64,000 nucleotides of DNA from Anaerotruncus sp. (GTDB taxonomy: Bacteria; Bacillota; Clostridia; Oscillospirales; Acutalibacteraceae). The notes beneath the pieces were generated by a model that was given only the letters and a program-made list of their open reading frames with translations, made no database searches and was not told where the DNA came from. The stretch is taken from positions 1,925,494 to 1,989,493 of the forward strand of contig CP091724.1 in NCBI GenBank assembly GCA_022009795.1, given 5' to 3'. The position numbers and the translations under genes are program-made. Of the stretch, positions 34,678-48,402 are shown piece after piece. The stretch's first letter is position 1; every line of letters starts with the position of its first letter.

Positions 34678-37600
34678 ATGGCTACAAGATTTGAACTCAT
34701 TTCTGCTCTTTATGATGATGTTTCAAAGGATGTTATCCGTTCGCCGAGTAATTGGCAGGAATTTTTGAAAAGTTCTTGCAATAACTACGGATTGCCTTTT
34801 AGTGAGCAACTGCTTGTATATGCTCAAAAGCCTGACGCTGTTGCAGTTTTACCTATGGCAAGCTGGAATAGGAGGTTTGGCAGATGGGTAAATAAAGGTG
34901 CTAAAGGCATTGCACTTTTTGATGTGTCAAATAAAAACTACCCAAGGCTTAAATATGTGTTTGATGTCAGCGATACCCACGAGGGCGAGCAGGCAAAAGA
35001 AGTCCCTATTTGGCATATGAAAAACGAATATGCCGATAATGTTATTAAGACACTTGAAAACGTTTTCGGCGCAGTTGATGATAAATCAGATTTAGGCAGT
35101 GCCGTCATATCTGCTTGTAAAAACGGTGTAAACGACAATTTGTCCGATTATCTTTTTGAACTTTGCAGTGCAAAGCAAGACAGTTTTCTTGAAGATTTCT
35201 CCGACGATATTATTTCATCAAAGTTTCGTAAATTGGTTTCAAACAGCGTTTCGTATACAGTTCTTTCAAGGCTTGGTGTTGACGCCGATTTAATGCTTGA
35301 TACGGAAGATTTTGAGGATGTTGTTAATTTCAATACACCGAACACTTTTAATGCCCTCGGTGAAGCAACAAACAATATTTCAAAAACAGCACTCCTTGAA
35401 ATATCAAAAAACATATTTGCACTTGAAAAAGAAAATCGCATATTTGAAAAAACTTCAACAAGTCCCTACAATAAAGATGAAAACAAAAACGAAAGGAGCA
35501 ATTCAAATGAAGATAACATACACACAAGTCGGAAAAACAGCTTTATCCGAACCTGATTATGCCGACAAAGAAGGAGCAAATGGGATATTACGCACAGAAA
35601 AGACAGGAATATCTCAAAAATCACAAGAAAGCGATATTCACAACTTTATTGACAACCTGCAAGCTGACGGAACACCTGATGTCGATTCAGGAACAGGCAC
35701 AGCAGATGGAAGAACAAATCATAACTCAGATGGCAAAAGCACAGGGAGTGACAGAGAAACTCAAGCAAACGAATATGATGACTTGGGTGGGAATGATGAA
35801 CAATATCAGGAACTCGGCGAGGGAAACAGTCTTGAACGAACTGATTTACACGATGTAACCGATGAACTGCCGCCTTTTGTTGACGAACAGGCTATCAGGT
35901 ATTTGTTAAGCAATCCCGATGATGATTTGGTGCAAAGAAAACCTGCAATCATCAAGGCTTACCAAACCACCAAAAAGGATAATGAACTCATAAACTATAC
36001 AAAAACGCTGTATCCAAGACGGTTTGACGAGTACGATAAATTCAATAAACACTTTGGCTTTACTTTAGCCGATAACGGACTTCTTATGTATGAGGGTAAC
36101 TACAAAACCCGAACAAAGGAGTCCGTTTTTTCGTGGGATATTGTTGTTGGTATCATTAAAGAACTTATCAATGACGGCAAGTATCTTGATACAGAAAAGG
36201 AAGGAAAAACACAGCTTGACTTATTTAGTTTTTCTTATGATAACGAGCCTGTATATGATGAAATACCTCAAACATCACTTTTTACCGATTTTGGCATATC
36301 GCAACAGATTATTGATGAAGCACTTTGCTGTGGCTTTAATGATAAAAACAGCAGAGTACAAATTGCTATGCACTTCAGACGGGACAGAGGTATTGAGTAT
36401 AACGCAAGAATGCTCAAATTCCTTTACGGCACTAACGGTGCAGGCTTTGTCTTTAACGGTGAAAAGGTTTCCTTTTGGTATGATGAAAACGGTATAAGTA
36501 TTGCTAAAGGTACATCGGCTAAAACAAGTACGGCAACACATCTCACTTGGGAGCAAGCTGCTGTTCGTATTCGTGAACTTCTTGATGTAGGCAGATATAT
36601 GCCACAGTATGAACTTGACAAGGTCGATGACTATGAACTCAATAAAGTTGCAGACAGGCTCACAGAGTTTATCCGAGATTTGAGTGACGATTATCCCAAT
36701 AAAGATAATTGTCTGCAATCAATACAAAAAGAAATTGACGGCGTTTTAGGCTATCCCGATATGGTTGAAAAAATTACCGATATGCTCAAAGATGATGAAA
36801 AGCGTGCTCAAATTTTCAAAGAGTACGGCAAACTGATGGATGACTACAACGCCGGTATGAAAATCATTCGCTTTAATTATGCAGCTCAATATTCTATACC
36901 ATATATTGCAGAGATTATTGAGGGTATGAAACGAGAGCCTATTCCGTTTAAAGCTGAATCGGGTTATCTGCCTGACAGAGAAATGTTCATCTCACAAGAT
37001 GAGATAGACAAGATTATCATAAACGGCAAAAACAATCACGCTTACAGGCTTGAAACCTACACCTACTTTGTTAATCACCCTGATAAAGCAGACAGAATTA
37101 AATATGTAGGCAAGGATAATCAAAGCGGATATTTAGGCGGTAATGACAGCGTTAATAAAACAACAAAAGGTATCGAATTCAGCCACGGCTCGGTTATGGA
37201 GCCTTATGCAAAAGTTCTTGTTAAATGGAGCGATGTCGCAAAAAGAATCGATACTCTTATCAAGCAAAACAAGTTTGTAACGCAAGAGGATATTGACGCT
37301 ATACCCGATATATACAAAAACGAAATATCAAGAGATTTGGAATCGTTCTTTGAAGGTTTATCCGAGAATGACGCTAAGCCTTATCCGAACGATATTGAGC
37401 CATACAAGATTTCAAGAGTTATCAAGGCTCAATTTGATAACCCACAGGCACTTGATGACATTGAAAATATGATGTCAAATGCTTTGGCTCTTATGGATAA
37501 AGAGGACAGAATGTATCAGTACCGTAAGCAAATCTATGATGACTTTATCGCTTACAAAAACGGCACATTCAAACTTTATGATTATCCAAACCTTGCGCCA

Positions 37601-40600
37601 AAAGTAAAACAACTGAGTAAGTTTACTAAACCGGCAGAAAAAGAAAAGGTTGATGCAAAAATTGAGCCCGTTGTATCGGAAGCTGATGATGGCTTAGACT
37701 TAATCGGTGAAGAAATAGATATTGACGGCAGACACTTTGTTGTTGATTCCGTCAGCAATGGTTATGTATCTATGGCTGACCAAACTTTTGCCGATGGAAC
37801 AGGCTTTCCTATTTTTCGCAGAGAAGCCGTTGAATTTGTAAGGCAATATTTACCGACAGAAAAAGAACAGATAATTCCTGTTCAGAATACAAAACAGCAT
37901 ACTGAACATAGTCAGTGGGATATTCATCCCGAAATTCCTGTTGAACAAAGGCACGACTTTGATTTTGCCGCACATCCTGTTGAGATTGTGGGCAAAAAGG
38001 AACGCTTTCGCAGGAATATGGAGGCTATCAAGGTTTTTAAAAGAATGTGAAGCCGATAACCGTTTTTGCAACACCTAATGAACAAATCGTTCTTTCAAAA
38101 TATGTCGGTTGGGGCGGTATTCCCGAAGCGTTTGACGAAAACAATTCGTCTTGGGCAAATGAATACAAGGAACTCGTTGAAGTGCTGTCACCTGATGAGT
38201 ACGCACACGCTCGTGAAAGCACATTAACTGCTTTCTATACTCCTCAAGAAGTAGTTAAGGCTTGTTATGATATTGCCGAAAATCTTGGCTTCAAGCAAGG
38301 CAATATTCTTGAACCGTCCTGCGGTATCGGTAATTTTATCGGTATGAAGCCAAAGAGCATGGCTGACAGTAAGGTGTACGGTATTGAACTTGACTCTGTT
38401 TCGGCAGCTATTGCACAACAACTTTATCAAACTGCAAGCATTGTTAATAACGGCTATGAAAAGGTGGATTTACCCGATAACTTCTATGACCTTGTAACTA
38501 CCAATGTACCTTTTGGCGATTTTAAAGTATCGGATAAGAAATACGATAAGCATAACCCGCTTATTCACGATTACTTCTTTATGAAGTCACTTGATAAAGT
38601 CAGAACAGGCGGCATAATGATACTCATTACCTCTAAAGGTACTATGGATAAAGAAAACAGTAATATCAGGAGATATATTGCTCAAAGAGCAGACCTTCTC
38701 GGTGCAATAAGACTTCCTAACGATACTTTTAAGGGCAATGCAGGCACAGAGGTAGTATCGGATATTCTTGTTCTTCAAAAGCGTGACAGAATGCTTGATA
38801 TTGAGCCTGATTGGGTACAGCTTGATAATACCGAAGACGGTATCAGAATGAATAAATACTTTGTTGATAATCCCGATATGGTACTCGGTAATATGGAAAC
38901 GGTTTCAGGTCGTTTCGGTCCGGAATCAACCTGTATTTCGTATGATGATAGAAGTCTTGAAGAACTGCTTGACGTGGCTGTTAAGAATATTCAAGGACAA
39001 ATTACAGAGGTGCAAATCGGTGATGAATTTGAAGAAGATTTATCTATTTCTGCATTACCTGATGTTCGTAACTTTTCATATACTGTTGTAGACGGAAAGA
39101 TATACTTTAGAGAAAATTCAAGAATGACGCCTGTTGATGTATCCGCTACTGCCGAAAACAGAATCAAAGGTATGATTTCAATTAGAGACAGCACCCGAAA
39201 ACTTATTGAACTTCAAACCGATGATTATCCTGAAGAAGACATACTTGCAGAACAGAAAAATCTTAATGAACTGTATGATAAGTTTACGGTAAAGTATGGC
39301 TTAATAAACAGCAGAGCAAACAAGTCGGCATTCGGCGAGGACGCTTCGTATCACCTTATATCTGCTCTTGAAATACTCGGAGAAAACGGCACTCTTGAAC
39401 GCAAAGCAGATATGTTTACCAAGAGGACTATTAAACCTCATATTCCCGTAACGGAGGTTGATACTCCTTCGGAAGCACTTGCCGTATCTATGGGTGAACG
39501 GGCAAAGATAGATATTGAATATATGAGCAATCTTTGCCATAAGTCCGAAAAAGAGATTTACGATGAACTTCAAGGCGTAATATTCCTTAACCCTGAATAC
39601 AATGCCGATAATCCTACTGCTCAAAAATACTTGATGGCAGACGAATATCTTTCGGGTAATGTAAGAGCAAAACTGCGTTTTGCAAAAGCCGTTGCAAAGA
39701 CACAGCCTGAATATCAAATCAATGTTGAATCACTTCAAAAGGTACAGCCTAAAGACTTAACGGCAAGTGAGATTGATGTCAGGTTAGGTGCTACTTGGCT
39801 TCCTGTTGACGTTGTTGAGAATTTTATATATGAATTACTTGAAACTACGTACTATTGCAAGTTAAATATCAAGGTGAATTTTTCACCGTTCAGCAGTGAG
39901 TGGAATATTACAAACAAAAGTGGCGACAGAGGAAATGTTAAAGCAAACAGCACTTACGGTACAAGCCGTATCAATGCTTATCAAATTATTGAGCAAACAT
40001 TGAATCTTAAAGATGTCCGTATTTTTGATTATGTTATTGATGACGACGGTAAGAAAAAGCCTGTGCTTAATAAGAAAGAAACAGCTATTGCTATAGAAAA
40101 GCAAGACGCAATTAAACAGGCATTTAAGGACTGGATATGGAATGACCCTGAAAGACGTAACCGTTTATGTGAAATGTATAATGAGAAGTTTAATTCAATC
40201 AGACCTCGTGAATATGACGGCAGTCACCTTATCTTTCCCAATATGAATCCCGAAATCACTTTAAGACCTCATCAATTAAACGCTGTTGCTCACAGTCTTT
40301 ACGGTGGTAACACGCTTCTTGCTCACGCTGTCGGTGCCGGTAAGACTTATGAGATGATTGCAATAGCCGAAGAATCAATTCGTCTCGGCTTATCAAGTAA
40401 ATGTATGATTGTTGTACCTAATCATCTTACCGAACAATGGGGTGCAGATATTCTCACTCTCTATCCAAATGCAAAGGTACTTGTGGCAACCAAAAAGGAT
40501 TTTTGAAAAGAAAAAAACAGAAAGCGTTTTTTTATCCCGAATTGCTACCGGTGATTATGATTTGATAGTTATAGGTCACTCACAGTTTGAAAAAGTGCCT

Positions 40601-42746
40601 ATGAGTATTGAAAGGCAGCAAACAATTCTTCAAAGGCAACTTGACGAAATTATCGAGGGTATATCCGAACTCAAATACCAAAGAGGTCAAAACTTCACCG
40701 TAAAGCAGCTTGAAAAGGCTAAAAAGAGCATTCAAGCAAAACTCGATAAATTAAACGACCAAAGCAGAAAAGACGATATTGTGACCTTTGAAGAGCTTGG
40801 TGTAGACAGATTGTTTATTGACGAAGCACATTATTTTAAAAACCTTTTCCTGTATACAAAAATGCGTAATGTCGGCGGTATAGCACAGACAGAAGCACAA
40901 AAGTCAAGTGACCTGTTTATGAAAACACAGTATCTTGATGAAATTACGGGCGGTAGAGGTGTAGTATTTGCGACAGGTACACCAATCAGTAACAGTATGG
41001 TTGAGCTGTATACAATGCAAAGATATTTGCAGTACAACACCCTTCGCAGGCACGATTTACAGCACTTTGACGCTTGGGCGTCAACATTCGGCGAAACGAT
41101 AACCGCCATTGAATTAACTCCTGAAGGTTCAGGTTACAGACCGAAAACCCGTTTTGCTAAGTTCTATAACCTGCCTGAACTGATGTCAATGTTCAAAGAG
41201 GTGGCTGACATTCAAACTGCCGATATGCTTAAACTTCCCGTACCTGAAGCTGAATACAAAAATATTGCCGTTAAGCCGTCGGACATTCAAAGTGAAATGG
41301 TTAAATCACTTTCAGAGCGTGCAGAAAAGGTGCGTAACGGTGGTGTTGACAGCAGTCAAGACAATATGCTCCTTATCACAAATGACGGCAGAAAGCTTGC
41401 TTTAGACCAAAGAATGATTGACCCATTGTTACCAGACTTTGAGGGCAGTAAGGTCAATGCCCTTGTTGACAATGTATATCGTATTTGGGACGAAACAACA
41501 CCGAACAAGTCGGCACAACTTATCTTTTGTGACTTATCAACACCTAAATCATCCAATGATTTTTCTGTGTATAACGATATTAGAGATAAGTTGATTAAAA
41601 AAGGTATTCCACACGATGAGGTGCAATTCATTCACGATGCGAATACAGAAACGAAGAAAGCCGAGTTGTTCAAAAAGGTACGCTCAGGTGAAGTCAGAGT
41701 TCTTATGGGTTCAACTCAAAAGATGGGTGCCGGCACCAATGTGCAAAACAAATTGATTGCCATGCACGATTTAGATTGCCCTTGGAGACCTGCCGATTTG
41801 GAGCAACGAGCCGGAAGAATTATTCGTCAAGGTAACGAAAACTCTAAAGTGGAGATTTACCGTTATGTAACAGAGCAAACCTTTGACGCATATCTTTATC
41901 AGCTTGTTGAGGGTAAGCAAAAGTTTGCTTCGCAGATTATGTCGAGTAAATCTCCCGTTAGGTCTGCCGAAGACATTGACGAAACAGCGTTATCCTATGC
42001 CGAAATCAAAATGCTTGCAACTGGCAATCCCTACATCAAAGAGAAAATGGATCTTGACATTCAGGTGCAAAAAAACTTCGTATGTTAAAAATCAAACTTT
42101 TTTTATCGGAAAGATATTCTCTTGAAGACAAGGTGCTTAAAGATTTTTCCTCGTGACATTGCAAGATACACATCGAGGATTGACGGCTTTATTAAGGACA
42201 TAGCTACTGCAAAACATAACCCAAAGAATATTGCCGATACCTTTGTCGGTATGATTGTAAACGGTGTAAGGTATGACGAAAAGGCAGACGCAGGTCAAGC
42301 CATAATTGATGTATGCAAGACATTATCTGACAGCAATACTTATCCTCTCGGTGAGTACAGAGGTTTCAAAATGGAAGTTCATTATGAACCGTTCAGTCAT
42401 CAACACAGAGTTGAAATCAAAGGTGCAATTTCTCATCAAGGTGTGCTTGGTTCTGATCCATTAGGCAACATTACCCGTATTGATAATGTAATTGACGGTT
42501 TAGAAAAGGTTCTTGAAAATGAAAAAGCAGAGCTCTCAAACAGTCAAAAACAGCTTGAAATTGCAAAAGAACAACTTCAAAAACCGTTTTCAAGAGAAGA
42601 TGAACTTAAACAAAAAGAAGCACGGTTAAGCGAACTTAACGCACTTCTTAATGTTGATAAAAAAAGAAAATGAGATTGTTAATGATGACAACGAAATAGT
42701 TAATGATTCTCCTCAGCGAAGTGAAGTTGACAGAGAATCACGGTGA
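34678..42746 (+). CDS. Giant ArdC-like/N6-adenine methylase/SNF2 helicase protein (DarB-like), frameshifted
   Basis: [12 protein letters not shown] (ArdC-N-like), [44 protein letters not shown] across five ORFs. Confidence 0.9.
35507..35858 (+). CDS. tnpV: TnpV-family protein nested in an alternative frame of the helicase gene
   Basis: GAAAGGAG SD; ITYTQVG.QLYPNL...[33 protein letters not shown] after removing one A at 35533-35537. Confidence 0.8.
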
Positions 42747-42784
42747 AATCAGAAACAATTTATATTTGATTTGCTTATTTATAA

Positions 42785-42820
42785 TGAAAAAAATAGTGAA
42801 AAAAATAGTGAAAAATTTAG
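42785..42820 (+). repeat. Three tandem 12-bp repeats TGAAAAAWWTAG upstream of the fic promoter
   Basis: Units at 42785, 42797, 42809; TATAAT at 42846. Confidence 0.8.
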
Positions 42821-42875
42821 TGGAGATTTTTTTATAAAAATAGGTTATAATATATTCAGGAGGAATGCAGTTATT

Positions 42876-44003
42876 ATGATTAAAGTAACACTATCTAATG
42901 AAATATTAAAATATATAACCGAAATTGATAAGAACAGATATAATGTTTCTTCTGTAAATTTATCTCCGAATATCGCTAATAAATTGCGTAAAAAAATTCA
43001 AAGAAGAAAAAGTTCTTATGCCTCAAATAAAATCGAAGGAAATCCGCTGACTGAAAATCAGGTTGATGAAGTGATTGACAATGATGAACGAAAACACTTT
43101 TTTAAAAGCCTGAACAGGAAGTAAGAAACTATTTTTTTGGCATTAAATTATTTGGAAGAAAAAAAGCGAAAAGCAAAGAACCTTTTTTTCAAAAAAAACT
43201 GATTTTAGATGTTCAAAAAAATTAGTTGAAAAAAAGGTGCGTCAAAGGAAAAAAATCGGATTAAGAGGTCCTATGCCACCGGGTGTGCTTTTTTTGCCGT
43301 TTATGATTCAAAAAAACAGGCAATGCCGATTATATTCCGCCCGAAGCCAAAGATATACCCGAACTCATAGATGAATTGGTAGAGTATGTGAATACTACCG
43401 ATGATCACCCGTTGATTGTCGCTGCCATAGTTCATTATCAGCTTGTTACAATTCACCCGTTTGAAGACGGTAACGGCAGAACTGCAAGGCTGCTTTCGGG
43501 CTATATTTTGGATATTAACGGTTACGGTTTTAACGGTATAGGCTCACTTGAAGAATATTTTGCTTATGATGTTGATGAGTATTATAATTCGATTCAAATA
43601 GGACTGCCTGCATTGTATTATTCGGGCAGAGATAATCCGCCACATTCGGAAATTTGGATTAACTATTTTTTGCGAATGGTTTTGCTTTATTCAAATAAGG
43701 TTTGCGACTTACAGTTGAGCTCAAACTCCGATGAAGTCGCCGGTAGTCTTTCATATCTTAAAGCGAGAGAAAAAGAATTGCTTTTGTTCTTGATACAAAA
43801 TTATAATCGTGAATTTACACCTAAAGAGGTCAGCGAAGAAATAGGCGTTACAAATAAAACAATAATTAACCGTCTGGCTGTTTTTGTCAAAGAATGGTTT
43901 TTGTTGTACCGAATTTGGTTAAACAAAGAGTACGTTCGTATGAGTTAAGTGATTTTTACCAAAAAAATTATAAAAAAATGAGATTGTAGATAAGATAAAA
44001 TAA
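42876..44003 (+). CDS. Fic-family protein with N-terminal inhibitory motif and C-terminal HTH-like region, frameshifted
   Basis: HPFEDGNGRTAR; SNKIEGN. Confidence 0.88.
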
Positions 44004-44013
44004 CAATTACCAT

Positions 44014-44048
44014 TAAGACACTTGTATTTATTACAGGTGTCTTTTTTT
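44014..44048 (+). terminator. Intrinsic terminator
   Basis: AAGACACTTGTA...TACAGGTGTCTT plus T run. Confidence 0.65.
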
Positions 44049-44067
44049 GTAAGGTGGTGAAAAAAAT

Positions 44068-44433
44068 ATGATTAATGAAGAGCAACTTGACAATATGCTC
44101 TATGAAAAAATGCAGAAAAGAGTATGATTTGTTTCTTGAAAAAAATTAAATCCGAGCAGTCGGTAAAAACCCAATCAAGCTATTGAATCGGCTTATGAAA
44201 TCGTATATAAGCAAGACATTTTGTATTGCTTTGAAGATAACGATTTGAATTTAAGCTATAACGAAAAGAAGCACTTGCTGTTAAAGAAAAGACCGCTTGA
44301 ATTTCTTTATCAAGAGTGGCTTACAACAGATTGTACTCATATGCAAATGATTCGTGATTGTATTAAGAACGGTACCGGGCACGATTTAAAATTGACACAA
44401 GAGCAAAAACAAAAATACAGAGGGGAGCGATGA
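44068..44433 (+). CDS. DUF3848-like ICE protein, frameshifted
   Basis: LYEKM...AYEIVYKQDIL...PLEFLYQEWL. Confidence 0.7.
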
Positions 44434-45445
44434 CCTTGCCATATTATTCAAAAGAAGTAATCAAAAAAGCAAAGGAAATGGACTTGCTCACATATCTTCA
44501 AAACTACGAACCTGATGAGCTTGTTCACTTTTCAGGTGATACCTATTGCACTAAAGAACACGACAGCTTGAAAATATCAAATGGGCTTTGGTGTTGGAAC
44601 TCAAGAGGTATAGGCGGCAAAAGTGCAGTTAAATATTTGACCGATGTTAAAGGATATTCTTTTATCGACGCTGTCAAAATTATCGTTGAAAAAGAAAAAT
44701 TGCAGCCGCCGGTTAAAGCGATTGCACCTAAAAAGAAACGGGTATATAACTTGAAACTGCCACCAAAAAGTTCGACAGATGATAAGGTTAAAGAGTACCT
44801 GACCAGCAGAGGTATTGACGAAAGTATCATAGATTATTGCCTTGAGCATAACCTCATATTTGAAAGTTTACCGTATCATAACGCTGTTTTTTTGTAGGTT
44901 TAAATGAACAAAATAAGCCTAAGTATGCAGCGTTTCGTGTAACGGAGAACAAAAGAATTATGGGCGAATGTGAGGGAAGTGATAAGTCATATTCCTTTAA
45001 ATTGACAAATGATAATGCAAATATTCATCTGTTTGAATCTGCAATCGACCTTTTATCTTATGCCACTCTTGTTAAAATGCACGGTAAAGATTGGCAAAAA
45101 TGTTTCGATGATTTCTCTTGCAGGTGTGTATACGCCTAAAGAAAAAAAATCGAAGAAAGCAAGATACCGAAAGCACTTGTGACATATCTTAAAAAGTCAT
45201 CCGTATATTGAAAAAATATATTTGCATCTTGACAGCGATTATGCCGGAAGATTAGCTACAAAAACATTAAAAAAATCATTTTTACCAACTGAATATCCCA
45301 ATATTGAAATCGTTGACAAACCTGTTCCGAGAGGAAAAAGATGTTAACGATTTTTTTGCTTTTAAGTAAAGGTATGAAGCCGGTTGTATCTGAAAGGAGA
45401 ATACCAAGTGAACGAAGAAAACCCGATAAAGGTATTGCTCGTTGA
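44430..45445 (+). CDS. DUF3991/toprim domain protein, frameshifted
   Basis: HDSLKIS, YLTSRGI, FESAIDLLSY, LDSD, KDVND; end inferred. Confidence 0.8.
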
Positions 45446-45743
45446 ACCGTTTGACAAGCCAAAGATAATTACAATCGAAAACAATTATCAAGCGATTAGT
45501 GAAATTATCTGCGGTGATGTAGACGAATATATGCCGTTTGAAGATGATGTCGCCTTGCTTTGTAACGCTGACGGTAAAAGACTTTCTCTTTCTGCAAGTC
45601 ATACTGTAACAGATATTGAAACAGGTAAAACAGAACTCATATACGGCAGTTTTATCCTTGTAGGTGCAAGTGAATTTGATACCGAATATCATTCGTTAGA
45701 TGATGATTTGATTGATAAATATATGGATTTATTCAGTAAATGA
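45408..45743 (+). CDS. DUF3846-like protein
   Basis: IKVLLVEP...LLCNADGK...YGSFILVG; GAAAGGAG SD. Confidence 0.7.
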   Translation: MNEENPIKVLLVEPFDKPKIITIENNYQAISEIICGDVDEYMPFEDDVALLCNADGKRLSLSASHTVTDIETGKTELIYGSFILVGASEFDTEYHSLDDDLIDKYMDLFSK

Positions 45744-45745
45744 AG

Positions 45746-45845
45746 CAGCATAATACTATGCTGACTTGTCTTAGCAAGCAGTGCGTTTTTTTACTCCTAA
45801 AGAGCAAAAAAACACGCTTGTTAGGGGTTCTCCCCTAATACCCCA
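45746..45845. other. Putative oriT
   Basis: Clustered inverted repeats (CAGCATA/TATGCTG, CTTG/CAAG, GCGTTTTTT/AAAAAACACGC, TTAGGGG/CCCCTAA) upstream of mobC; minus-strand TGCTTGC resembles MOBP nic sites. Confidence 0.55.
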
Positions 45846-45870
45846 ATTACACACAGAAAGGAATAACAAA

Positions 45871-46015
45871 ATGAAAAACTATAATTATTTCAATACTCTC
45901 ATTTTTATTCGGAGGATTTGCAGGAATTACAACAATGTGTTTGGTGCAAATCAATAGGACTAACGGCAATGAGCGTTTTGAAAAGGAGGATTCATCCGAT
46001 GAACAAGACGATTAA
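45871..46015 (+). CDS. Small TM protein (DUF3789-like), frameshifted
   Basis: GAAAGGA SD; ..IISILSFLFGGFAGITTMCLVQ. Confidence 0.6.
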
Positions 46016-46337
46016 AAAACAGTTTTGGATAACACCTGAAGATGATGAAATTTTAAAGTTGAAATGCGAAAAAGCCTGTTTGTCCGAAGCCGCATTGATG
46101 AGGTACTTGATAAGAGGTTATGAGCCGAGAGAAAAGCCTGACGAGCGTTTTTATAAATCAATGAACGATTTATCGGCTATCGGCAGAAACATAAATCAAA
46201 TTGTCGCAAAGGCTAATACATTGAATTTTTGTTGACGCACCTCTTTTAGCAGAAGAATTAAATAAACTTAAGGTGTTGAGAACAAAAAAATTGAGATTTT
46301 GTATCTCAGACCTGTTGAGAATGATAAATGGCAGTAA
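45999..46337 (+). CDS. mobC: Relaxosome accessory protein MobC, frameshifted
   Basis: RHH-like start; LSAIGRNINQIV. Confidence 0.85.
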
Positions 46338-47672
46338 GTAAGATATGGAATGTCAACAGCAGACTTGACAAAGTAATAAATTACAGCAGTAATGAAAAGA
46401 AAACCACAAATCCTGATTATGATCCACTAAAAACAGTTCTCGGTTACGGTGATAATCCCGATAAGACCGAAAAGCAGTTATACTCTACAGGTATAAATTG
46501 TGACGCTGAATTTGCTTACCAACAGTTTATGACAGTTAAAATGCAATATGGCAAAACAGACGGAATTCTCGGTTATCACGGATATATGAGTTTTAAGCCG
46601 GGAGAGGTCACACCCGAACTTGCACATAAAATCGGAATTGAAGCCGCCAAACGAATTTGGGGTAAAAAATTTCAAGTGGTTGTGGATACTCATTTGAATA
46701 CTGATTGTTTGCATAATCATTTTATCATTAACTCCGTTTCGTTTGTGGACGGCAAAAGGTGCAGAGAAACTTCGTGGTTTAAAAAAAATAAAATGGTTTT
46801 TTTGATGAGGTTTGTAAGGAATACGGTATTTCTGTAATTGATAAACCTAACAGGACAGTTGACAGAAGTTATATCAATCAAAAAGAACAAGCAGGAATGC
46901 CGACAAGATATAACCTTGCAAAAGAATCACTTGATGTTGCAATCGAAAACAGTAAGAGTATAAAAGAACTGGAATACAATCTTAAAAAGCTCGGTTACAG
47001 TTGTAATTTCAATGTAAATCATAAGTATTGGACTGTGACACCGAAAGGATACGACAGACCTATCAGAACATATAGGCTTGGTGAAAAGTATTCAAAGAAA
47101 AATATATTTTTGAATGCCGTTTTGGAAAATAACAGACCTGTAAAATATAAACCGTTTATGCAAGGTCAGGTGCAATATAAACTTTCAACGAGAGGTACAA
47201 GACTACGCAAGGTCAAAGGACTTCGTGGCTTGTATTTCTATTACCTATATAAACTCGGTTATCTGCCAAAGAATAAACCGAGAAACAATTCAAGAGTTCA
47301 TTATCTTTTTAAGAGAAGATTTGATGAAACTTGATAAATTATCAAATGAGGCAAGGCTCCTTGAACAGTATCGGATAAATACTGTTGAGGAGCTTTTTCT
47401 CATATAAATCGAAAGCCGAAAAGAAAATCGAAATATTAACCGAAAAACAGAAAGCAACTGCGAAATAAATCAAAAAAAGAAAGAATTGCTCAAATCTGAA
47501 TGAGGTTAAAGAAGATATATCCGAAATCGGCAAACGGTTAAAAGAATTACGCAAGGAAATTTTGCTCATTGACGATATTGCCGAGCGTTCAAATGAAATT
47601 GAAAAAAAATTAGAGCAAGCAGAAATTGATGAGCAAAAAGAAATTGCAAAAAGGAGGAAAAGTATCGTGAAT
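46328..47672 (+). CDS. MOBP relaxase, frameshifted
   Basis: YHGYMSFKPGE; HLNTDCLHNHFIINSV HUH motif; end approximate. Confidence 0.9.
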
Positions 47673-48397
47673 AACTCAGGCGACGCCGCCGAACAAGTTG
47701 TAAGACTGTCACTTGAAGGATTTGAAGTTGTTGCAAAGGTATCGGGAGAAGCTGCAAAGAATATTGCCGTTCTTCTGCTTGCCGCATTAAAGCAGGAACA
47801 AAAAGCCAAAGGTAAGGCAAGACTTTCAAACCTGATTAAGTCCGGCAAAGAACTTAAAGTGTTTTCAATTCCACAAAAGGATTTGAAAAAGTTTACAGAG
47901 CAGGCAAAGAGATACGGTGTTTTGTATTCTGTTCTTAAAGACAGAAAAGCAAAAGGTAAAAATGTCACCGTTGATATTATTGCCCGTGCCGAGGACGCAT
48001 CCAAAATTGATAGGATTATTGAAAGATTTAAACTCGGTACAGTTGACAAAGGCTCTATCACCAATGAGGTTGAAAAGTCTGTCAGCGAAAAGACAAACAA
48101 AAGCAACGAAGAAAAAACAAATGGCGACCTTATCCTTGAGCATATTGAGGCAAAGAGTACGGAGAAAACGGATAAAAACCCCTCTTTATCTCGGACGGAA
48201 AAAGACAGTCTGTCCGAGAGTTCATCGAAAGCTATCAATGATAAGGACGCTAAAGACAAAAAACAGTCTGTTAAAGAATTGCTTGACGGTTATAAAGATG
48301 AGATTAAAGCCGACAGAGCAAAAGATATTGCAGATAAATCAAAAAAACGGTTGCAGATACCGTAGTAAAATCTGCTAAATCAATAAAGGAAAGGTAA
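47667..48397 (+). CDS. PcfB-family protein
   Basis: NSGDAAEQVVRLSLEG...AKRYGVLY...ARAEDASKIDRI. Confidence 0.8.
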
Positions 48398-48402
48398 TTG
48401 AT

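Noticed and set aside
47342..48259. 305-aa antisense ORF (and similar shadow ORFs such as 14501-15169 and 6109-6687)
   Set aside because: Mirrors of real genes on the opposite strand, with no SD or motifs.
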